DNA of 64,000 nucleotides from Tepidisphaera sp. (GTDB lineage: Bacteria > Planctomycetota > Phycisphaerae > Phycisphaerales > UBA1924). Positions 40,094 through 48,784 of the stretch are shown here, one piece after another. The stretch spans positions 640,001 through 704,000 of the forward strand of contig CP051526.1 of the NCBI GenBank assembly GCA_050916045.1, given 5' to 3'. The translations under genes and the position numbers were made by a program. Under the pieces are notes generated by a model. That model had not been told where the DNA came from. It saw only the letters and a program-made list of their open reading frames with translations, and did not search any database. Every line of letters starts with the position of its first letter. Position 1 is the first letter of the stretch.

Positions 40094-40726
40094 TCAGGGT
40101 TGAAGTCGTCGCATTCGCCAATCCGTCTGCTCGCTTTCGACGCGGCTGTAGTGCAGCCTCCGGTGTAACCGATCCGCTCGTCCGTGCCAGAACTCGATGC
40201 TGTCGATGACCAGACGAAAGCCGTGCCAGTGTTCTGGGCGTTTCAGCGGCTCGCGACCAGAGAGGAGATGTTGCACGCCTTCGCGGAGATCCACTTCATC
40301 AACCAACAACTGGCTTTGGTGTGACAAGATCGCTACCGCCTGTGCCTCACGGGGTCGTCCGGCGAACAGCTCGTCGGATTTCTCGGAAGACAGCACCTTG
40401 ACGGAGCCCGTCATCGTGACCTGCTGCATCACTGGCGGCCACCAGAATACACCCGACGCGAGTGGAGAGTGTGCGAGGTCAAGCCCCTTGCCACTTCTGG
40501 TGGACGTTCCGAAAATGACCCCAGCATCGTCGCAGGACTTGGCAGAAACGACCCTCGCCTGCGGCCGTCCGTCCGCCCGCAGTGTGCCCAATACCAAAGC
40601 CTGATGGTCCATGACATTCAGACTGGCCGCTTGGTCAATCCAGTCTCGCAGCAGCACCAGAGGATTCTGTGGTGGCCGCTCGACCCCAATCTTCGCCACT
40701 TCCGGATTGCCCTGGAGTATGGACAT
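40094..40726 (-). CDS. Pyridoxamine 5'-phosphate oxidase family protein (PdxH/PhzG-like)
   Basis: GRPQARVV, SGKG, SHQSQ, RPEHWHGFRL, IEFWHGRADRLHRR, RLQP end. Confidence 0.88.
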   Translation of the reverse strand: MSILQGNPEVAKIGVERPPQNPLVLLRDWIDQAASLNVMDHQALVLGTLRADGRPQARVVSAKSCDDAGVIFGTSTRSGKGLDLAHSPLASGVFWWPPVMQQVTMTGSVKVLSSEKSDELFAGRPREAQAVAILSHQSQLLVDEVDLREGVQHLLSGREPLKRPEHWHGFRLVIDSIEFWHGRADRLHRRLHYSRVESEQTDWRMRRLQP

Positions 40727-40827
40727 CGCGTGGAGGGTACGCCGGCGGTACCGTGAGCCGGTATCTCTCAGCCGTCTGTCGATGCCCTAGCAATCAGGAG
40801 GCGCCAAGGACCTCTCGCCTCACAACT

Positions 40828-40874
40828 AACGCCTGCCAAGAAGAGTTCAACTGGTGTACTGTCACCCTGATTTG
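40828..40874 (+). repeat. att-like repeat R1 (arm + tRNA-Pro 3' core)
   Basis: AACGCCTGCCAAGAAGAGTTCAACTGGTGTA-CTGTCACCCTGATTTG. Confidence 0.88.
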
Positions 40875-41014
40875 GCAGACCGGACGGCCACGGCAGGTGC
40901 CGGGACCATCGGACTTGCGGGGCAGTTCAGCCGAGTCCTCTTAGCCCAGTGGAGGGAGAGAGTGTTTAGCGTGTGCCCGCTCCCGCTCTTGAAGCCGGAC
41001 GCGATGTGTACAGT

Positions 41015-42052
41015 ATGATGTCCATGCACTCATACCCGGTCCGGATGTCGGTTGCTCTTTTGGTCGTCTCGGGTTGCGCACGGCCACAACCACAGCCTCT
41101 CTCCTCTTCGTCGGACGCAGCCATGCAGGCAGCTCTCGACAGGCACCGTCCGGGCGCACCGAGAACCTTGCTACGGACCCTCGCCGCGTGCGAAGGGCCT
41201 ACCTATGCCGCGAGCGGCCTGCCCGTTCGCGTGGTACACAAGGCCAGTGGTGTGAAGTTGCGGCTCGTTCCCGCCGGAGCGTTTGTAGCCGGCGGCACAG
41301 GGGACGCCAGCGACAAGCTCCCGCGTCGAGTGGTCATCCACCAGCCCTTTTACTTGGGCGAGACGGAGGTGACTATCGCTCAGTTCCGGGCCTTCGTCGA
41401 TGCGACCGGGTACACCACCGACGCCGAGCGCGGAACAGCGGAAGAGCCCGACAAGACCATCGGTGCATTCACACAAACCGCCAAGTTCCATCAGCGGCAC
41501 TGGAACAAAGACGCGCACTGGCGTCGTCCCTTTCCGTTCCTTACGAATCACATCCTCTCCGACGACCATCCAGTCTCGCAGATATCGTGGAACGACGCGA
41601 TGGCCTTCTGCGAGCACTATGGCCTGGCCCTCCCCGAGCCGAGTCAGTGGGAGTACGCCGCCCGCGCAGGTGGCCGCTTCGGTGGGGGGAACTTCGCCGA
41701 CGCTTCCACCGGCCGCCTTTTCAATGAGGACTTCGGCACGCCCGACGATGGCTTTCCGACCCACGCCATCGTCGCCTCATTCGAGCCTAATGGGTTCGGG
41801 CTCTATGACTTGCTCGGCAATGTTCAGGAGTGGACCGCCGACAGCTCATCCATCACGAGCCTCCGTGACGGCGAAATGCGGGGACTTGCCCGCCCCCGGG
41901 GGCGAGAAGCCCGCATCGCACCGCTCCGCGGCTCGACCTGGTTTGACCTGCCGCCCCTCCCCGATGACTTCGGGTGTGCCTCAGATTTTTCCATGCCCTC
42001 ACACTGCCGTCGCGACTTCATAGGGTTTCGGGTCATCGTTCCCATGGAGTGA
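41015..42052 (+). CDS. Formylglycine-generating enzyme (SUMF1/EgtB C-terminal) family protein, probable lipoprotein
   Basis: VSGC lipobox; ETEVTIAQF, HPVSQISWNDA, WEYAARAG, PNGFGLYDLLGNVQEW, IGFR; start uncertain (41015-41045). Confidence 0.85.
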   Translation: MMSMHSYPVRMSVALLVVSGCARPQPQPLSSSSDAAMQAALDRHRPGAPRTLLRTLAACEGPTYAASGLPVRVVHKASGVKLRLVPAGAFVAGGTGDASDKLPRRVVIHQPFYLGETEVTIAQFRAFVDATGYTTDAERGTAEEPDKTIGAFTQTAKFHQRHWNKDAHWRRPFPFLTNHILSDDHPVSQISWNDAMAFCEHYGLALPEPSQWEYAARAGGRFGGGNFADASTGRLFNEDFGTPDDGFPTHAIVASFEPNGFGLYDLLGNVQEWTADSSSITSLRDGEMRGLARPRGREARIAPLRGSTWFDLPPLPDDFGCASDFSMPSHCRRDFIGFRVIVPME

Positions 42053-42311
42053 AGTACCAAACACTTCCTCGGGCGTGACGAGCCCAATCCGCGTGCTGCT
42101 CGCAGTGCAGCGGTATCGTCGAACCACGCGCCTGCCATCTCGCTCGTCCGTGCATTTGGCCTCCCGGCAAACGGTGATCTCAGGCGAAAGACGCGCGTGG
42201 TGGCGGACGCAAAAGATGGAAGCCGCGAGGGTCCGAGAGTGAACAATCGGCGCGCATCAGGCGGGCGGCAGCCCGCATCTGCCACGGCCTCTGAACAAAA
42301 GCCATCAGACC

Positions 42312-42358
42312 CGACCTCGCTTCAAGAAGTAATCTATTGATGTCCTGACTCCACGATT
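42312..42358 (+). repeat. Degenerate att-like repeat R2'
   Basis: CAAGAAGTAATCTATTGATGTCCTGACTCCACGATT aligns without gaps to R1/R3 (shared CAAGAAG, TCTATTG, CTGAC, GATT). Confidence 0.55.
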
Positions 42359-42410
42359 GCTTTCACGGTTTCACGGCGATCAGAGCCCGCATTCCGGGCT
42401 CCCAGGCTCG

Positions 42411-42457
42411 TATCCCTTCCACACAAAGTTCTATTGGTGTACTGTCACCCTGATTCG
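42411..42457 (+). repeat. att-like repeat R2
   Basis: TATCCCTTCCACACAAAGTTCTATTGGTGTA-CTGTCACCCTGATTCG. Confidence 0.88.
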
Positions 42458-42516
42458 TGAACAGACGCCCGCGGTTCAAAGCGACGCTGGGCTTTCGGTG
42501 GAGGAAGCTGCTACCC

Positions 42517-42936
42517 ATGTCGAAGACACCGCGGCAAGTATTCGAGCTCTGGGTGCCCGCGTTCAACGCGCGCGATGCGGAGGCAGCGGCCTCGCTGTAT
42601 GCGGCCGACGCCGTGAATACCCAGTTTGCTGCCGGCCCCCCGGTCGTCGGGCGTGAGCAGATGCAATCGGGCCTCCGCGAGTTCTTTATCGCGTTTCCGG
42701 ATGTCACGACTACTCCGGTTGGAATCTACACCGATGGAGATTAGGCGATTGTTGAATGGATCGGCACTGGCATGTGGAGGGGACCTTTCCTGGGCCGGAT
42801 GCCAAGCGGCCGATCGTACTCGCTGCGGGGATGCGGCTTCTTTAGGGTGCAGAACGGGCTCATCCATGAGCAGCGCGGGTATTTGGACCGGGCCACATGG
42901 TTCGGGCAGATTGGGCTACTGATCGATCAGCCCTAG
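42517..42936 (+). pseudogene. SnoaL-like/NTF2-family (ester cyclase) gene with in-frame TAG
   Basis: MSKTPRQVFELWVPAFNARD...YTDGD*AIVEW...LRGCGFFRVQNGLIHEQRGYLDRATW; TAG at 42742-42744, frame continues to TAG 42936. Confidence 0.8.
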
Positions 42937-42966
42937 ATCCTTGACGGTGCACTGCTCAAGGGCCCG

Positions 42967-43013
42967 AACGCCTTCCAGAAAAAGTTCTATTGGCGTACTG
43001 ACACCCTGATTTC
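42967..43013 (+). repeat. att-like repeat R3 (distal boundary of the array)
   Basis: AACGCCTTCCAGAAAAAGTTCTATTGGCGTA-CTGACACCCTGATTTC; 38/47 identical to R1 without gaps. Confidence 0.88.
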
Positions 43014-43195
43014 TCTCAGCCCGTGGTCCCGAGCGTGACGGCCCCCAATTGGCTAGCGCACACGAAAGCCGGGCATCCGTTACACTCCGCGTTTCCAAGC
43101 GTTCGCCCTCGACCGAGGACGACTTTCGCCGGGGGAAACCGCTGGCGGGAGCGATCTCGGATCGGTCGGCGCATCGCCGGAGATTCGGAGCGTCC

Positions 43196-45433
43196 ATGAA
43201 ATTCGCCAGGGTTCTTCTCTGCTCAGCGGTCCTTTGCGCCGCTGCCGCTTCGGCACGCTCGGATGACAAGCCCGGTCACTCCAAACACGGCAGCGCCTTC
43301 GACACCGGCCTGCGCCAGAAGCCGTGGCGCATGGAGGGGATCGGCCAAGCGCACTTCCCGATCACGACCAAGGTCCCCGAGGTCCAGGAGTGGTTCGATC
43401 AGGGCAACGCCCTGCTTCACTCCTTCTGGTACGAGGAAGCAGAGCGCTCCTTCCGCTGGTGCCTCAAGCTCGACCCCGACTGCGCCATGGCCTACTGGGG
43501 CCTCGCTCGTACCGGCCTCAGCTGGTCCACGGGCCTCTCCGACATCCCCGACATCAAGCGATACCGAGACTTCCTCAAAGAGGCCGTCCGGCGACAGGAC
43601 TCCGTCACGCCCCGCGAGCGGATGTACATCCGGGCGTGGGATGAAGCCATGCGAATGGACGCACCCGAACGCGTCACGACGCTCAATCGCAAGCTTCACG
43701 AGCTGGTGCTCGCGTTCCCCGACGATGTCGAAGCCCGCACGCTCCTCGCGATGTTCTCGATCGGAATGGGCGGCCCGCTCGGAACCGAGATGATCGTCCG
43801 CGACGTGCTCCGCCAGGCTCCCGACCATCCCGGAGCCCACCACACCCGCATCCACAACTGGGACGGGAAGTTCGCCGAGCAAGCGATCCCAAGCTGCCAG
43901 GCTTACGGCCGGATCGCTCCGGGGATCGGCCACTCCAACCACATGCCCGGCCACAACTACTCGAAGATCGGGATGTGGCACGAAGCGGCCCGCTCAATGG
44001 ACGCCGCGACCCGCGTCGAACTCCGCTACATGAACGAGCGGCTCGCGCTCCCCTTTGAGACGTGGAACTACGCCCACAACCGAAACTACCTCTGCTACAT
44101 CCAGGAGCAGCTCGGCATGGCGGAAGCTTCGCTCCGTGGCTCCCGCGACCTCCGAGCCGCTCCGCGGGAACCCAAACGCGGCGAGGGGCCCGAATACGGC
44201 ATCCCCGAGCAGGGCCTGATCGCGCAGATCCGCGCGATGATCAAGTTCGAGCGCTGGGACGACATCCTCAAACCCGACGAGATCGAGTGGCCCGAAGGTG
44301 AAGACTTCAAGCTGCCCCGTGCCTTCGCCGAAACCCTCGCGTACATCGGACAGGGCAAGCTCGTCGACGCCCGCGTCCGCCTCGGAGAAGCCAAGGATCT
44401 CCTCCGGAATCCGCCCGGCGGCCCCGCCGGCGGACCCCCGATGCCCTCGCTCTTCCCGCTCCCGCCGGTCGCTCCCTTTGCGATCGAGATGAGCATCGCC
44501 GAGGGCCTCCTCTGCGCCGCCGAGGGCAACCTCCTCGACGCCACCCGCTTCCTCACCGAAGCCGCCGCCGCGGAGAAAAAGCTCCGTGAAGCCGAGTTCT
44601 ACCCCAACGACCCGCCCGACGCGGCGTGGCCCGCCATGCGGCTGCTCGGCGATGTCTACCTCCGGGCCGGCGAACACCGCCTCGCGATCGAAGCCTACGG
44701 CCGGGCTCTCGAACAGGAACGCAACGACGCGTTCTCTCTCGCCGGGCTCGCCCAGGCCTGCTTCCGCTCCGGCGATCGCGTCAAAGCAACCGAGTACGCC
44801 GGCCGGTTCGCCGCCGTCTGGTCCGGCTGCGACCCCGGACTGCGCTGGAAAGCCGAGGTCGACGCTCTGGGCCTCAGCGCGGCTCCCCTCGCCGTCACCC
44901 CGCTGGTCGAGCGTCCCTACACGCTCGACGTGCAGAAAGATCTCGGCCCGCTCGACTGGGAACCCTTCGCCGCTCCCAAGCTCGACTGCACGGACACGGA
45001 CGGCAAAGCCGTCGCTCTCGAAGACCTCCGCGGCAAGAACATCATCCTCGTCTTCTACCTCGGCGACCAGTGCCCGCACTGCGTCGAACAGTTGATCGCC
45101 CTCAACGCGAGAGCCGCCGACTGGGAAGCCGAGAACACCGTCGTGCTCGCGATCAGCAGCACCTCCCCCGCAGACAACAAATCCTCCGAAAAGCTCGGCA
45201 AGCTCGCGATGCGTCTGCTCTCCGACAAAGACCACGAAAACGCGAGGCGGTTCACCTCCTACGACGACTTCGAGGAAATGGAACTGCACTCGACGATTCT
45301 CATCGACGCCAAGGGACGTGTCCACTGGAAACGCACCGGCGGCGACCCCTTCATGGACCTGGACTTCCTGCAAGCCTCGCTCAAGCGGATGAACGGCAAG
45401 CCGGATAGCACCGAGCCCGCCAAGGGAGGGTGA
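43196..45433 (+). CDS. Secreted TPR protein with C-terminal AhpC/TSA (redoxin) domain
   Basis: Signal peptide; WFDQG...LDPDCAMAYWG; HPGAHH/HSNHMPGH; C-terminal LVFYLGDQCPHCVEQL, HSTILID. Confidence 0.8.
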   Translation: MKFARVLLCSAVLCAAAASARSDDKPGHSKHGSAFDTGLRQKPWRMEGIGQAHFPITTKVPEVQEWFDQGNALLHSFWYEEAERSFRWCLKLDPDCAMAYWGLARTGLSWSTGLSDIPDIKRYRDFLKEAVRRQDSVTPRERMYIRAWDEAMRMDAPERVTTLNRKLHELVLAFPDDVEARTLLAMFSIGMGGPLGTEMIVRDVLRQAPDHPGAHHTRIHNWDGKFAEQAIPSCQAYGRIAPGIGHSNHMPGHNYSKIGMWHEAARSMDAATRVELRYMNERLALPFETWNYAHNRNYLCYIQEQLGMAEASLRGSRDLRAAPREPKRGEGPEYGIPEQGLIAQIRAMIKFERWDDILKPDEIEWPEGEDFKLPRAFAETLAYIGQGKLVDARVRLGEAKDLLRNPPGGPAGGPPMPSLFPLPPVAPFAIEMSIAEGLLCAAEGNLLDATRFLTEAAAAEKKLREAEFYPNDPPDAAWPAMRLLGDVYLRAGEHRLAIEAYGRALEQERNDAFSLAGLAQACFRSGDRVKATEYAGRFAAVWSGCDPGLRWKAEVDALGLSAAPLAVTPLVERPYTLDVQKDLGPLDWEPFAAPKLDCTDTDGKAVALEDLRGKNIILVFYLGDQCPHCVEQLIALNARAADWEAENTVVLAISSTSPADNKSSEKLGKLAMRLLSDKDHENARRFTSYDDFEEMELHSTILIDAKGRVHWKRTGGDPFMDLDFLQASLKRMNGKPDSTEPAKGG

Positions 45434-45456
45434 CCCTTCGTCCGATCTCGCCCGGA

Positions 45457-46029
45457 TCACCGCTTCGGCCGCTTGCCAGCCGCTTTCCGTGTCGTCTTCC
45501 TCGCCGCCTTCCCGGCCGCTTTGCCATCCGCCTGGCCGGCAACCTTGCCATTCTTGCGGCGACTCGCGGCGGTCTCCCGGATGAGGATTGCGCCGCGGCC
45601 CTTTTCGGCGAAGGGAACGCGGTGGTTCGCGATGGCGTGCTCGATGAGCGCGACCACACCGGGCTTTCGAAGCATCGCCGAAGACTCGACTCGGATCCAC
45701 CGCGTCTGCCCGCCCGAACCGTTGAGCAATCTTTCCGGATCCGTGAGCGCCTTGCCGAAGTTGAAGTAGAGCTTGACCCCGTCCGCATCGCCCCGAATCG
45801 CGAAAACACCCTCGTACCCGCGCTCGTCGGGCGAGACGCTGATGATCACCGCATCGCGGTACTCGTAGACAATCTCGATCGCCGTCGGAAGCCGCTTGCG
45901 GAGGGCTCTCCGCGTCGCCTTCACCAAAGCCGCGTCCCCGCCCGCATGCTCCGCGACCAGCTTGCTCAGCGAAGCCTCCGCGGCCCGGCGTTCAGTCGTG
46001 GATTGGATGCTTGGCTTTGTGGTGATCAA
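45457..46029 (-). CDS. DUF1801/YdhG-like protein with basic tail
   Basis: EIVYEY, VKLYFNFGKALTDPERLLNGSGGQTRWI; GAGGA before TTG 46029 (start uncertain). Confidence 0.65.
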   Translation of the reverse strand: MITTKPSIQSTTERRAAEASLSKLVAEHAGGDAALVKATRRALRKRLPTAIEIVYEYRDAVIISVSPDERGYEGVFAIRGDADGVKLYFNFGKALTDPERLLNGSGGQTRWIRVESSAMLRKPGVVALIEHAIANHRVPFAEKGRGAILIRETAASRRKNGKVAGQADGKAAGKAARKTTRKAAGKRPKR

Positions 46030-46319
46030 GGCGAGTCCTCTACGGAATGGTCGAAGTCCGGATCGCATGTTAATCGGGACTGCGAACCCCCGTGCGTTCC
46101 GCGAGGCTCATGCGAAGACGATTCCGGGGCGCAACAGCGGTCTGCCCTCGCGTGCGACGGCGTGGCGTTCGCGTGGCTCTGCTCCCGGTAAACATGATCG
46201 CCTCTGATCCGCCGCTTGCGACCCAGCGGATTCAGCGTCCTCCAACTCTCAGAGGCAGCCCAACGCAAAGCCCGGAACGCCCTTCCCGACCGTCAAATCA
46301 AGACCCAGCGGCGACCGGC

Positions 46320-46363
46320 TTGACTCCGCGTCCGACGCGCCCAATAGTTGCACAATGACGCAA
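46320..46363 (+). promoter_or_regulatory. Sigma70-like promoter and putative ArsR operator
   Basis: TTGACT-17 bp-AATAGT, 6 nt before ATG; inverted repeat TTGC-N8-GCAA over the start codon. Confidence 0.5.
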
Positions 46364-46750
46364 GTACGCAAGCGAAAGACCCCCGCGACCCCCAAGCAGG
46401 CCGCCGCCTGCGGGGGGCCCCTCGACAGCCTCCTCGACCCCGAGCTCTTCAAAGCTCTCGCCGACCCCACCCGCGCCACCCTCATCGCCTGCATCGCCAA
46501 GTGCGGCCGCGGATGCTCCGTCGGTGAGGTCGCCGAGTGCTGCTCCGTCGATTTCTCCGTCGTCTCCCGCCATCTCGCGATGCTCGCCCGGTCCGGCGTG
46601 CTCGAAGCCAAAAAGGAAGGCCGCACCGTGTTCTACCGCGTCCGCTACGCCGAACTCGGCAAAGCCTTCCGCTCGCTCGCGGACGCCCTGCAAGATTGCT
46701 GCCCGGATTCCGGCTGCGAAGGAGGCTCCTGCAATGGCAACTGCCGCTGA
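46355..46750 (+). CDS. arsR: ArsR/SmtB-family metalloregulator
   Basis: FKALADPTR, VSRHLAML, KKEGRTVFY; Cys-rich (ECCS, DCCP...C...C..C). Confidence 0.9.
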   Translation: MTQVRKRKTPATPKQAAACGGPLDSLLDPELFKALADPTRATLIACIAKCGRGCSVGEVAECCSVDFSVVSRHLAMLARSGVLEAKKEGRTVFYRVRYAELGKAFRSLADALQDCCPDSGCEGGSCNGNCR

Positions 46751-48095
46751 TCCCATCCGCGTTCTCTTTCTCTGTACCGGAAACTCCTGCCGAAGCCAGA
46801 TGGCCGAGGGCTGGGCCCGCGCCCTCCACGGCTCACGGATCCACGCCCTTTCCGCTGGCACCCACCCCAGCACCCTCAACCCCCTCGCCGTCCGAGCGAT
46901 GGCCGAAGCCGGCGTCGACATCTCCAAGCACTCCGCCAAGACCGTTGCCCAAATCGCAACCCCCTTCGACGTCGTCGTCACCGTCTGCGACGCCGCGGGC
47001 CAAGCCTGCCCGACGCTACCCGGTGTGCGCGCCATTCACGCCGCTTTCGACGACCCGCCCCGCCTCGCGGCCAGTGCCGCGAACGACGACCAAGCGATGC
47101 CGCACTACCGCCGCGTTCGCGACGAGATCAAAGCGTTCATCCAGAACCTCCCCGCCACCCTGCTCCCAACCCCCTCCGGAGAACCCGCCATGACCAAGCG
47201 TTCCTGCTGCGATGATTCCTGCTGCTCACCCGCAACCGCCGGTCAGACTTCCGCGCCGGTCGCCGCCGATGCCAACACCGTGCGCGAACAGGTCCGCGAC
47301 GGCTACGCCAAAATCGCCCAGGGCGGCTCCTGCGGGCCAAGCGGCGGCGGCTGCTGCGGCGCCGTCACCTTCCTCCCCGACGACCTTGCCAAAGCGATCG
47401 GCTACGTGAGCGGGGAACTCTCCGCCGTTCCTCAGGGTGCCAACATGGGCCTCTCCTGCGGCAACCCGACCGCGATCGCTTCGCTCAAGCCCGGCGAGGT
47501 CGTGCTCGACCTCGGCGCAGGCGGCGGCTTTGACTGCTTCGTCGCCGGCCCCAAGGTCGGCAAGACCGGCCGCGTCATCGGCGTCGACATGACTCCCGAC
47601 ATGCTCACCAAAGCCCGCCGCAACATCGAAACCTACCGCTCGCGGACCGGCCTCGACAACGTCGAGTTCCGCCTCGGCGAGATCGAAGCCCTCCCCGTCG
47701 CCGACGCCTCCGTCGACGTCGTCATCTCCAACTGCGTCCTCAACCTCTCCCCCGACAAGCCGCGCGTCTGGCGCGAGATCGCCCGTGTCCTCAAGCCCGG
47801 CGGCCGCGTCGCCGTCTCCGACCTCGCCCTCGTCCGGCCCCTTCCCGAAGCCGTGCAAGCCGACGTCCAAGCCCTCGTCGGATGCGTCGCCGGCGCCGTC
47901 CTCGTCGAAGAATCCCGCGCCATGGCCCAAGCCGCCGGCCTCCAACACATCACGCTTACCCCCAAGCCCGAGTACATCGACGCCATGACCAACTGGGAGG
48001 ACCCCCTCTACCGCGCCATCATCGCCAAGCTCCCCCCCGGCTCCAAGCCCAGCGACTACGTCACAAGCCTCGACGTCTCGGCAATCAAGCCCTGA
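46734..48095 (+). CDS. Arsenate reductase (ArsC, LMW-PTP type) fused in frame to arsenite methyltransferase (ArsM)
   Basis: [17 protein letters not shown]...ACP, FDDP; then [34 protein letters not shown]; no stop between the domains. Confidence 0.88.
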   Translation: MATAADPIRVLFLCTGNSCRSQMAEGWARALHGSRIHALSAGTHPSTLNPLAVRAMAEAGVDISKHSAKTVAQIATPFDVVVTVCDAAGQACPTLPGVRAIHAAFDDPPRLAASAANDDQAMPHYRRVRDEIKAFIQNLPATLLPTPSGEPAMTKRSCCDDSCCSPATAGQTSAPVAADANTVREQVRDGYAKIAQGGSCGPSGGGCCGAVTFLPDDLAKAIGYVSGELSAVPQGANMGLSCGNPTAIASLKPGEVVLDLGAGGGFDCFVAGPKVGKTGRVIGVDMTPDMLTKARRNIETYRSRTGLDNVEFRLGEIEALPVADASVDVVISNCVLNLSPDKPRVWREIARVLKPGGRVAVSDLALVRPLPEAVQADVQALVGCVAGAVLVEESRAMAQAAGLQHITLTPKPEYIDAMTNWEDPLYRAIIAKLPPGSKPSDYVTSLDVSAIKP

Positions 48096-48126
48096 ACACA
48101 CCTCCGGCGGACGCAAATTCCAGCGT

Positions 48127-48143
48127 ACTTGCATTTTGCAAGT
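48127..48143. promoter_or_regulatory. Palindromic operator, candidate site for the adjacent HxlR-family regulator
   Basis: ACTTGCA-TTT-TGCAAGT just upstream of TACGGT -10 box and the DinB-family gene. Confidence 0.6.
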
Positions 48144-48163
48144 GATAAGCCTACGGTTGGTCC

Positions 48164-48784
48164 ATGGCCACTTCCCAAGCCGCCGCCCCAACCAACTCGC
48201 CAACCCTCGCACCTCCCGGCGCGGGCATCCCCGCAATCGAACGCTGGATCGGCGGCCTCATCTTCGCTTTCTCCCGCTGGCGGGGAACGCCCGATCAGTT
48301 CACCGCACGCTTCCTAAACGAGCGGCAAGCCATCCGCAACCTCTACACCTCCGCCGACGAAACCCGCCTCAAACGCCGCGTCCTCATCCCCCGCCTCCGC
48401 GGCTTGGAAGACAGCAGCCGGTTCTGGTCCGTCTGGATGACCCTGGATCACCTCCGCATCGTCAACACCCAGATCGCCATGGTCGTGCTCCAGCTCTCCC
48501 GCGGCCGCATTCCGCCCGGCCAAGCCAGCACCGCCGCCGTCAAGCCGACCCCCGACGTCGGACCCGAGATCGTCCAGGCCTACGAAGCGTCCTGCGATGA
48601 GCTTCTCGCCGCCGTCGCCAGACAAGCCGAGCCGCACGACCAGTCCTCCGCGAGCAAACCCCGATACGCTCATCCGTGGTTCGGGCCCCTTGATGCCAAG
48701 GGGTGGCACGCCATGGCGGCGATGCACATGGGCATCCATCGCGCCCAGATCCAGCGGATACTGCAGACGATCTCCGGAGGATGA
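48164..48784 (+). CDS. DinB-superfamily protein
   Basis: WSVWMTLDHL, HPWFGPL, HMGIHRAQI His triad. Confidence 0.8.
   Translation: MATSQAAAPTNSPTLAPPGAGIPAIERWIGGLIFAFSRWRGTPDQFTARFLNERQAIRNLYTSADETRLKRRVLIPRLRGLEDSSRFWSVWMTLDHLRIVNTQIAMVVLQLSRGRIPPGQASTAAVKPTPDVGPEIVQAYEASCDELLAAVARQAEPHDQSSASKPRYAHPWFGPLDAKGWHAMAAMHMGIHRAQIQRILQTISGG

Larger units (their letters stand above)
39113..43013. mobile_element. tRNA-Pro-anchored array of cargo modules delimited by att-like repeats; no integrase present
   Basis: tRNA 3' core CTGTCACCCTGATTTG (39113-39128) recurs at 40859-40874 (16/16), 42442-42455 (14/14) and 42998-43012 (1 mismatch), each preceded by a shared arm; cargo has atypical codon usage. 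Confidence 0.8.

Noticed and set aside
42742..42744. Amber recoding (pyrrolysine or alternative genetic code)
   Set aside because: It is a single case, TAG is used as a normal stop elsewhere (oppB, 63733), and no pyl genes are visible; a nonsense mutation or sequencing error is simpler.
40094..42936. Phenazine biosynthesis cluster (PhzG-like plus PhzA/B-like folds)
   Set aside because: The two genes lie in different modules on opposite strands, and no phzD/E/F is present.
39113..43013. Repeat set as a CRISPR array or classical integron
   Set aside because: Spacing is 0.1-1.7 kb and gene-bearing, no cas or intI is present, and the repeats contain a tRNA 3' end rather than a recognisable attC R''/R' structure.
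42363..43269. Minus-strand ORFs 42363-42707 and 42916-43269 as integrase remnants
   Set aside because: Only the arm-encoded tails resemble each other; the upstream parts are antisense to the SnoaL and TPR genes or intergenic DNA and show no recombinase motifs.
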